DNA of 64,000 nucleotides from Orbicella franksi (Eukaryota): NCBI GenBank assembly GCA_964199315.1, contig OZ116702.1, positions 26,474,001 to 26,538,000 of the forward strand, read 5' to 3'. Shown piece by piece: positions 49,303 to 59,504 of this stretch (position 1 is its first letter; each line of letters starts with the position of its first letter). The notes under the pieces were generated by a model. It saw only the letters and a program-made list of their open reading frames with translations, ran no database searches and was not told where the DNA came from. The position numbers and the translations under genes were made by a program.

Positions 49303-52300
49303 CTAACCGCAACAAGCAGGGGCTGCAGGTGGTCCGGGTGGTCCGGGAGGACCTGGGGGCCCAATAAGTCCTGGGGCGCCGTTAAGTCCGGGGCATCCCT
49401 TAAGACCGGGGCATCCGGCAGGTCCGAGTGGTCCCATAGGTCCTGGCGGTCCTGGTGGTCCAGGAAGGGCAGGTTTACCAGGAAGTCCAACTGGTCCGGG
49501 TGCTCCGACTGCCCCTGGGGGTCCCTTCCATCCGGGGCATCCAGTAGCTCCAGGTGGACCGGCGCAGCCAAGAGCTCCAGGAGGACCGGCTGGTCCAGGA
49601 GGTCCTGGTAGAGGTGCCGGAACAGGAGGAGGTGGTGGTGGTGGACAACACCGCTTGGAAGCTAAAAAGCACATTCAACAAATTGACGTCAGTTTTTTTT
49701 TATGCGTCTGTCCTCTTGTTGATGATAAATTGCGTCATAACATTGTCAAAGTGGCTGCGGAACCACGAGCCTGACATCAATTTGCGTTTTACCATAACAA
49801 GACCCCAAAATGGTGAAATGCCGGGAATAAATGAGGGGAAAGGACGCCGTAAACTTGCCGTAAACAGAGATAAGTAAATTTCATTCAAAATGAAGCGAAC
49901 ATTGTCAATAGCTTTTCTCACTTTTTGATTGGCTACTTAAAAAAGTCCATAGCATCTCATTGGTTAAAAAGTTGACAGTTTGACAGCTGCGAGTTGAACT
50001 AGAAAGCTTGCATAAATTACAATTTTATCCGCCTATACTTTTATTGATGATAAAAATGAGCCAATCAGTGAGCCAGAAATTAGACAGTTATTGTAAAAAT
50101 TCATTTAGATGACGCGCGTTTCCACAAACTCAAGGCGAGTCTAGCTATCAGTATTTTCCAGTTGTGCTGGTATATATTTTTATACTTAAACAGCTTCAGT
50201 CACCAATTGAAGCATAACACCAGCTGATGCTTAATAGCATCACGTAAATGTCAAAAGAAACGTAACGGTCTATGCCGTGTGAATTTCACAAGGCGTGGTC
50301 ATTATCTCACTATTGTGTTTCAGGCCCAACCTTTGTTGCATAAACGTTTAAGGGATCTAAACATCTGATTCGACTTTTCAACGTTTATATGTAAATTGTT
50401 TGTCTTAGAAAATGGGTTGGCTTGCAATGATTTTAAACGCGAACGGTTAACATTTGAATCACGATGTTTTATTATTTTCTGGAGCTCAATAGTAACGGTC
50501 AGTAATTGACGTTATCAGCCGAAATGTTACACGAAGGAAGAAAAGAAACCAACGTAATCACTCCGATTCTTATTACTTTTTACGCTAAGCGACTACGCCT
50601 TCTAGAAAATATTAGACCAATAACTAGTTATTTACAACTGAAAAATATCAGGTACCTGGCAACATTGGTCTTGAAATAAATAAAAAAATAAACAAGAACC
50701 AGCTTGTACTTTATTTTTTTCGCATGCCAGTGATTTGTTCTCACTTATTTCCAACCAGCAACTAGTTGAACAGACACCTAACGGCTTTTAGTATAAATCT
50801 ACTAGCGTTCTAATACGCATGCCGTTCTCTTATTGGCTAAGCTACTCACTATCTATTCTGTAATAGATAGTGAGTAGCGTAACAGTGTGCCCTTGATAAC
50901 GAAATGACGGCCGCTTCTTGGCGTTTTCGAAGTGTCTGTGAAGAGGATTTAGATAAAGTTTTGAACGATTAGTAGATTTATACTAAAACAATTAGATTAT
51001 TCGCTCTCGATTTCTATGCGCTATAGAAATCTCGAGCTCATAACCTGATTGTTTAATAGACTGTACAATTTTTTCCCAAGTATAAAACACTATCCAGCAA
51101 ACACAGCCGTCGAATCTTTATTAACTAAGGGACCACCCGTCCCATCAACACAACTGAAAGTGGTTGCTTCGGCGAGGTTCTACTATATTCGGTAAAGCCA
51201 TATGAGTTAAAAGGAAACGAAAAGTGGCTGGTTGATGTGAGGGAGTAAATATTTCGAACTCAAAACGCAACATCTAACAAACACTTAGCACTAGCAAAAT
51301 GGTCAGTTATTGCTAACAAAAACTACTATCTGAGCTTATCCTTTACATTTTGTTTTCGTTTACACTGTTGGAAGGATTCACAATAAACATGAAGTAATAA
51401 GACATCATAAGCCAGTGATGTATTGTAAACATGCTCTTTTCGTGGGGGTCCCATATTTCTTCAGGTCAAACAGAGGGTTATATAAAAAAAGTTACTTTAA
51501 AAAAGCCGTGGTTCATTTTTAGGCTGCCTGTATTTACTCACTAAAAATAATGTGAATAAATATGTTATTGCGTTTTTCATTACTTTTAATATTGTTTGTC
51601 AACCACAAGATTAATATTTGACAGTCAGAGGCCTCAGGCGACTGAGTGCGATAGATGGAATTCTACGTAAGAGCTAAGTTGTCGGATGAAAATTCTGCGC
51701 AAAACAGACTTCTTTTTGCCCTGACCTTAACTTATTACCATTCTGTCGTCGTATCGTTCCTACATGTATGTCCCGGTATGCAAAATTAGCCGCGTGAACT
51801 AACACCAGGGCCACACTTTCCTTGGAGTAACTGCTCAGCTTGTAAATGACGAGTCATGGAACAATAACATTCTACTTGCGGTTGTTCTACTTGTAGGAAT
51901 AAAACTGATCGTTCTTTTAAACCTTTGATATTTAGATAAGAACGAATACATGTGACCCTGTCAAGTTTAATTTTAAAAGTCTTTCAAAAGGACAATTCCT
52001 TCTGAGACTGTAGTCAATTATTTAGGAGAAAGGCTATTTCGAAATAAATCAATCTAGTAAAGAAACCGAACCGCACCATGAATAATTTCGCGTAGTTCAA
52101 GCGCAAGAAGCGTAAGTCTTTAAACAGTTTACACTTTATGCATTGCCGTTAAAAGTTACTTGTACTTTTGTTTTTGGCCTTTGTATGTTCCACTACTGAA
52201 ATTGCTTGTTATACCACGCGACATTAAATTATTTTAAAGTTATATTCCAACAACTTGCATCAAACAAATTCTGGGTCTACTATCAATACTAATACTAATT

Positions 52301-52377
52301 ACCGTACCTTCTAACGACCTCGCGGCCGCAAAGGCGATTAAGAGAGCAGTAACACACAGGATTAGCTGGAATTTCAT
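49303..52377 (-). CDS. Gene H: long minicollagen, 31 triplets with one Gly->Ala interruption and 4 intra-helix Cys, CC-only termini, 142 aa
   Basis: Exons 52377-52308 ([23 protein letters not shown]) and 49661-49303 (ASKR-CC-P7...AAPACCG*). 5'UTR donor GAG|GTAAGA at 52641/52640. AATAAA at 49176-49181. Confidence 0.92.
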
Positions 52378-52640
52378 CTTTCTGTCGAAAAAAAAGGGCT
52401 TTTATCAGGTGAATGTGTGCCTAGAGACGAAAAGAGATCAGAAATATGAACCAAGAATCGACGAAAAAGATGTAGTACATATACTTCAGAACATGTCAGA
52501 GACAGGACAGATTAATTATGTTAATCAATGTTTGAATAATATTTCCACAAAAAAGAAGAAATCAAAAAGCTTGTGCATAAATTTTTCTGCCTACTTCTAA
52601 GTAGTTGTGAACAGAGGGTAGATAAATACGAATGTCTTAC

Positions 52641-52722
52641 CTCTAAGGCCCTTACAGAGCTGTAGACTGCCTTGATCGCTCAAAGCACGTAACGTTTATT
52701 GACCTTGCTATTGAATTATTAA
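52641..52722 (-). promoter_or_regulatory. Putative core promoter and short non-coding exon 1 of gene H (same geometry at genes F and G)
   Basis: TATA-like CAATAAA at 52701-52695, 60 nt upstream of the exon-1 donor. AT-rich TGAATTATTAA at 52712-52722. Confidence 0.45.
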
Positions 52723-53889
52723 ATGGTTTCCAGGGTAAATATTAATTATTTTGGAATTACGTTTAGGCCACTTGCTAAATTTCTGGTCTTGCATTGGTGT
52801 GTTGAGTTTGTTATTAATTCCGCTAGTTTCGCGCTTTAGTTGTTTCTTACCTAAACATAGCTCTCCTAAAGTAATAAATTTCAATTTGTTTTAGGAGTCT
52901 TAATGCGCAGAACTAACACCCTGGCTAGAAAAAATGGAATAATTAAACAATCAGCATTATTTGCAGGAGTTGGGAAGAAAACGCCAAGGTACTGGCGGGT
53001 AAATGAGCGTTCTTTTTTTTTTTCTAGTTGTGGTTTATTTAGTTGTTTTCATATTTAGGGACGAAGGACAGGTAAGCAACGAATAAGAAACAGGGTAAAT
53101 TTTACTTTGATCGACGGTAAAAAGGTGGTGAAATATCACACATGAAAAATGTCTCTTTTGCATTACGTGGTAACGCGCGTACCCGATCGATGGCCGAATC
53201 TCTGCGCTTAGAAAGTAAGATGATAATTAACCCTGGCACCTGTATCCACATGCTCACAATGATAAACAATCGTCGTTCAATCGAGGCTTGTTATCTATAG
53301 AGATGACTGGCTAGGGCGGGGAAGTTGATCTACGAGTGTCAAAAACGATACTGTAACAAGGGGATGAAAACACGCAAACGCCACACTAAGCGTTTTGGAG
53401 AAAGGCAGATTTGAATAAGCGTCTAGATCGCAACTATTTAAGATATTCATGTCACAGGCAATCTGATCTTACAATTGCACGAGACCTCCTATTACCGGTT
53501 CAGAGCGTAGATAAACAAAGCACGAAAATTTGTAGGTTAACTGAAAGAACTTCGCCCGGCGGATTTGTAGGGAGAGACTTGAGTTTTGATGCTTACAAAT
53601 CACCTTAGTTTGTTATGAAGGAGGGAGTTTAATCGGTAAATGAATTTTCATTGTCATCTTAAGCTTGCGGTTTAAAATCACGAAAGAGACAAGAATGACG
53701 AACAAATTGCGAACTTCTCAAGCAATTTTAACTTTGTTGAGGATAGCACGACATTTTACTGTCTTTTGTATAAGTTAGAGAGACTGTGAACCATTCTAAA
53801 TGGGTCCACCATTGTTTGACATTTTCTTTAGTTTATTTAGGTAAGTATCGCCTTGGCATTATTACAACGTCAGATAGATCACATCTGAA

Positions 53890-53935
53890 AGAAGAAGAAG
53901 AAGAAGAAGAAGAAGAAGAAGAAGAAGAAGAAGAA
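53890..53935. repeat. (GAA)n microsatellite
   Basis: Directly visible. Confidence 0.95.
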
Positions 53936-54052
53936 AAACAAAAACAAGATTCTGGGCATTTGAAAACATCCTCAGATTTTGGAATCCTTTGTAACACATC
54001 GCAATAGGCCATTTTATCGTTCTGTGCTTAGTTGCCTGGCCCATGGATGCAA

Positions 54053-54194
54053 GCGAGGCTGAAGGTGGCTTGGCTTTGATACAGACCTCTCTGCTTTTCT
54101 TATCTAAATGCCAATTAGTTAGCATAAGAACAACTTGATTTACACAACAAAACCAGTGAGGTCTGTATCAATACAAAGTCACCTCCAGCCTCGC
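54053..54194. repeat. Small palindromic interspersed element
   Basis: 37-bp imperfect inverted repeats at 54053-54089 and 54158-54194. Confidence 0.75.
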
Positions 54195-54425
54195 TGCCAT
54201 TCAGAGGTCAGGTGACAGAGCAGGCAACTGTAAAATGTTCCATTAGCGTAAAATTAAGCCAACCGGTCAGCTACCTACCAATTGGAATTCTTAATAGCTA
54301 ATGTTCTACTTGCAATATTTGTTTATTGATATGCAGAGACCCCAATAAACGCAACTGACAGTTCTTATGACAGCAACTTAAGATTTTTATTTTGCTTTAA
54401 CTCAATTACATTGATTAGTATGCTT

Positions 54426-57400
54426 TTACGGGATGCTCTGGGTAATTAGAACCTGCAAACGAGATAAAAGACATAACTTACATGTAATCGGCCATCTGAA
54501 GAAAAAGCATATTGGATAAAATTTCCGATTCGGCAAGCGTTCATTTTAAAAATACGACTCAAAATACTTAAATAAAACCCATCAGCATTTAAGCAGTATG
54601 TTTCCGATCGTGCAAACCTTATCAAAGAAACATTGCCTATCGTTGTTAGGTTTGTTGCTCAAAGATAAGTTCCCATTACAGTCACAAATTAGGCACATGC
54701 TTTTGGAACCGTTTTGGCGCCTATACGAATAATGTGTATTTTTAATTTTAATCTCTTCAAACAAGGACGGTGTACTCTGACTTCTCTGCTCCTGTGAATG
54801 GAAACAAATCGAAATTAAAAAATTAAAATCAGTGAACTTCAAGTTAAGCAAACGTGTCCTATCACACATCATATAACAAGGCACATTATTCTCGCATTGT
54901 GATTGGTTCTGACTTATGACCTACATGTATTAACTGCAGGACAGACTCATAGATGGCGCCATAAACATTTTCGTGCGTCAGCGACACACTCGTTTAACAG
55001 CCCGTGTGCCACACTTTGACGTCATCAATGATCTATTACTGAACAGACGTACGGTAATATTGGAATCTGTTTGTTGAAAATTGTTTCACGCAATGACTCC
55101 AATGAACAAATTTTAACCGTAACTATTAGGCCGTCGCCTTCAAAAATATTCGGGATATTAATTCAGAAATCTTCGCAAGATCTTTGCTTCACTTCACTTA
55201 GGTCAACTTTGGAACCTTTTGCGAAAATGACCTCTTTTTTTTTCAAGCCAATCCGATTTGACTTACTTCATCCTATTTCACATTTGCTAATGTCTTTGTC
55301 TTCAGTTTATCTTCTTATTTTGACACACGCACCTCAAAAACAATATCGTTGGCGCTTATGACTTTCAGCGCAAACCTTGTGCCTTGATTGTCTGTAAATT
55401 GAATGGACTTCCTTCCTGAGCTAAGGTTGGTCTCCATCGTAAATCCTGAAAGATAATAGATTATCAACAGATAAATTATCAAGATAGGTAATGGCACATT
55501 AACAGCATTAAAATAAATAAAACTAAATGATTACGGTCAAACAAAATTACGGTCTGTTACAGCCTCCATAGAGACCGCTTTTTTTTCACGAACAGTTCTA
55601 TTGGTGCCGGCAAAATGTCGATGCCTTCTCTTTTAAGACCCTCTATTTTAATTCGGACCCTCTCTATTAAGGATAAAGGACGCTAAATTTTGGCCCCGGA
55701 GAAAAAATTCATGTAAACTGAACCTCTTTTTTACGAACAATATAGTGATAATTTCATGTTCATTCCAAGTTACTTTTGGCGGCTTCAGATATATAAAACT
55801 TAATCAGTTATTGCAAACATGTATAATAATCATCGGGAGTCTTAATTCCTACCCCCTACTTAATTGATTCCTCTGCTGAAAAATGATTACTCAACAAATT
55901 TAATTTCCTCACTTGTAGCAATTTTGTAGAACAAAGAGAACAACGACCGCATAATGTTAAACTGACATAGTGACACGGAATTGTGAAATTGTCAAAAAAA
56001 AAAAAAAAAAAAAAACTTCTAAAGCGACTTTTAGCTACACTTTTCTTTTGAATGTGCTTAAAACTGTGTTACGCATTAGTTAGGAATTTGCAGTTCCATT
56101 CTTATTCAAGACTGAATTCGTGTTTAGGAAATGAAATAACCTCTCCCACGTCACACGTTTTGAACAACGCCCTAAGCATAATCACGTAGCCTTGCGTTAT
56201 AAAGGTGACTTGTTACTGCGATCATAAGAACAGCTACAGGCTACCATTGATTTGGCAATTGCAACCTTTAATTGGGCTTATAATAACTGCTATCGTTACC
56301 AAAGTAAGGTTTCACCTTTTTCTTTCATTATCCAGAGCCATCTAACAGTTTTGAATTGAACATAGACAAGACTACTCCGAGGATGGTTAATATTGTTGAA
56401 ACCAAGTTTTGGTTTATTACGTTAAGTAAAGTTTACAATATTAATTTTCGGCTCTATTTCAGTCTGTTTCCAAGCCATCGTCATGTACAGTGTAATTAAA
56501 TCATAACCAGAGCACAGCTTCTTTGTAAAATAATTGCTTGTTTATACGCCTGATTAGACTTGTGATAAAATTGTCCAAAGGTCATACAAGCTGTACACTT
56601 GTTTTGATTTATTTTCAAGACTATCACTCAAAGAGAGCCAAATATTGTAATCCTTCCTCGCTGTAATAAACCAACGATAACGGTTTTCAGACTCGTCTTG
56701 TTTAAGTTCTTTAACTTCATTATTGGCTATGATTGCCGATTATCACATATGTTACATGCCTATGCAGCTAAATGCTATATCTAAACTTTACTTTATTATC
56801 ATATTCCATTTCGAACGTACTGTACTCGACTCTACTGTACTGTACTGTACTCTACTCTACTCTAGTGTACTCTACTGTACTTTACTGTAATCTACTGTAC
56901 TCAACTGTACTCTACTGTACTCTACTGTACTCCACTCTACCCTACTGTACTGTACTGTACTGTACTCTATTCTAGTCTACTCTATTCTTGTCTGCTCTAT
57001 TCTAGTCTACTCTACTCTAATCTAGTCTAGTCTAGTCTAGTCTACTGTACTGTATTGTACTATACTCTATTCTAGTCTAGTCTAGTCTACTCTACTCTAC
57101 GCTACGCTACTCTACTCTACTCTATGCCACTCTACTCTAGTCTAGGCTAGTCTAGTCTAGTCTACTCTACCCTACCCTACCCTACCCTACCCTACCCTAC
57201 GCTACCCTACCCTACCCTACCCTAACCCACCCTATTCTACTCTACTCTACTCTACCCTACCCTATCCTACCCTACCCTGCGCTACCCGACCCTACCCTTC
57301 CCNNNNNNNNNNNNNNNNNNNNNNNNNNNNNNNNNNNNNNNNNNNNNNNNNNNNNNNNNNNNNNNNNNNNNNNNNNNNNNNNNNNNNNNNNNNNNNNNNN

Positions 57401-59504
57401 NNNNNNNNNNNNNNNNNNNNNNNNNNNNNNNNNNNNNNNNNNNNNNNNNNNNNNNNNNNNNNNNNNNNNNTAGACGGGACTGATTTTGGCTAAGGGAAAA
57501 GAAATCGATTCGAATAAACCCATTGTAAATGACTGAAAAGGCTAAAGCAAATCGAAGAGAAATGGGTTTGGAATAACTGGAATTCGAAATACCGAGTTCG
57601 AATTAGCGGGTATGTAGTGTACCCGCCAAGAACAAGACTCAGATTTTGCAAGTGTTCTTATGACAATCAGATGAATGCTTTGCGGCACAAGAGTAATGCA
57701 TAAAGTTCAAGAAAGAAAGGAAATAACGTACGGTTAGCGGTTAACAGCAAGAAAAAATAACGGATGCGCTCTGAACAAAGGCATTATTCGCACGTCACGG
57801 TTTTCGACACACGGGATTATGATAACATCAGACGCCTACACATGTATAAATACCCTAACTTCCATTCTAATTGCTATCATGAATTATTTTCAGTTTATTC
57901 TCTACGGGTGTTGTCTCTGCTAAAACCACCCACTAAGTTTCCAATCAAAAACAATTTGGCCTGAAATTCTGGCAAGTGAATGACTTTACCAAGATAATAG
58001 TGAAAAGGATTTGATTTAAAAAAAATGATTTTCCAGTCGTATTAGAAGCCATTAAATATTTCGCCTGTCAGGGCCCGCCGCTACGTCTCCAAAAGCATAA
58101 AATTGACATTTTCCGTGTCACTGTAGCGCTGAAAAGTGCGATCATTTATCGACAAAAATATGCAAAACTCCCTCTACGATTTTAGCATTTCAAAAGTTAT
58201 GGCCTTGTGCCGAAATCGACCTATTCGAGCAGATTTTTTTGCTACTCAGAGCTGGGTTTCTTTGACTGAGTCAGACAATAAACTGTCCATTTGAATGCTT
58301 AAAATTTGTAGAAATCACCTCATTTAGATCTCTTGAATACTGAGGTTTATTTCCAAGAAAAAGATCTGACACTCTTTTTGCACTCTTTGGAAGCAAGGCG
58401 CTATCTAAACTTAAGCAAGCGGAACTCATACAGTTATCGAATGTTTCACTTACTAGTGTTTTGGTGATTTGTACTCCCGCCATTGCATTTTGCTTTGCAA
58501 CGCCGTTGTCCTGAAGAGGATACACACTGATTAGTGGAAATCTTAAGGAGGTTGCCTCCACCGCTTGTGCAATCATGTCGACGCCAAAATGAGCTGAGCG
58601 AGATACTATTTGTACTGGATACTTTGACTTGCACACAAGCCAGGAAACAAACACCTACGGTCTGTGGATGAAATAAGCGCAAAGGAATGTCATCAGTACC
58701 TTAATAATAGTACAAAAAGAAAAAAAAATAGGGCAAAAGGCACAACTTGATAAAGAAATTCCTTCTGAAAATTATTTTTAACAAATTTCAACAAATGCTG
58801 TAAGCATTTTGTAGTTTACAATCCATAACTGAAGGGCAAGACATGGAGATATACTAAAATAAAAGTGATGCTACTAGATACGCAATTGTTGGATAAGACA
58901 ATAATAATAAAATACTAATAAGGCCTCGCAAAAGTGCTTACATTGAGTTGCACTGTGAAACACAGTATGGTCTTTTGACTTGAACACCTACATCTACAAA
59001 TGTGATTACTGTACGCACTGTGGTGGAAGGTATATTTGCTAATTGTTTTTTTTTTTGTACGTAGCTCTCTAAAATTTGAAAATAAAAATACCATCGTCGC
59101 CTTCCCGCATGCGATGAAACACTTGCGGTCGTACCTTTTCGCGCGAACCTAAATGCAGGAGTTCTCGTTTTCTACTTTTACTAAGCACTACGTTGGATAC
59201 GCTCATCGCCATCTAACTTTTGGCATAAACGTTTTGAAACAATGTCAAAGTTGCCTTTTCTATGATATGAAATATACATTTCTTGTTTTTCAGATGGAGT
59301 TAAAAGAAGGCCTGAGAGCGACACAGAATTGCGAAGAGCTGCTAATGAGCCAAAAAACCACGGAGTTAGCTGATGAGAAGACTCCTTTAGGTTACTAACG
59401 ATCGTCCAATTATGAAGAAAAAAAACTTTTATTAAGTTTCCGAATTAAAATGCAAAACAAGAGAATCACATTTTACCTACCAAAAATACACATTTGAGAT
59501 CCAT
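54426..59504 (-). CDS. Gene I (tentative): secreted protein with 4-Cys N-terminal region and partial IL1/FGF beta-trefoil-like domain, ~180 aa
   Basis: Phase-compatible exons 59504-59477, 58654-58454, 55445-55333, 54791-54618 and 54452-54426 (543 nt). Signal-like MDLKCVFLVGVCFLACVQVKVSS. Segment MCLICDCNGNLSLSNKPNNDRQCFFDKVLI resembles FGF1 [24 protein letters not shown] by eye. The three 3' exons are better supported than their link to the 58-59 kb exons, because an assembly gap lies between them. Confidence 0.5.
56815..57302. repeat. Degenerate pentanucleotide satellite (CTGTA/CTACT/CTAGT/CTACC) running into an assembly gap
   Basis: Directly visible 5-bp periodicity; N run follows. Confidence 0.95.
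57303..57470. other. Assembly gap (168 N)
   Basis: N characters. Confidence 1.

Noticed and set aside
17060-52381. Spliced-leader trans-splicing as the reason for acceptors just before each ATG
   Set aside because: Good upstream cis donors with TATA-like elements exist for most genes, so short non-coding first exons are the simpler explanation.
53862-54125. ORF with NWHL motif as the missing last third of the beta-trefoil
   Set aside because: Overlaps a palindromic repeat, has no phase-0 acceptor, and lies beyond the poly(A) signals near 54322-54391.
58319-58404. Possible extra exon (SALLPKSAKRVSDLFLGNKPQYSRDLNE) in gene I
   Set aside because: Needs a 49-bp intron with a weak acceptor and ends in phase 0, which is incompatible with the phase-1 acceptor at 55445. 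Not excluded if an exon hides in the gap.
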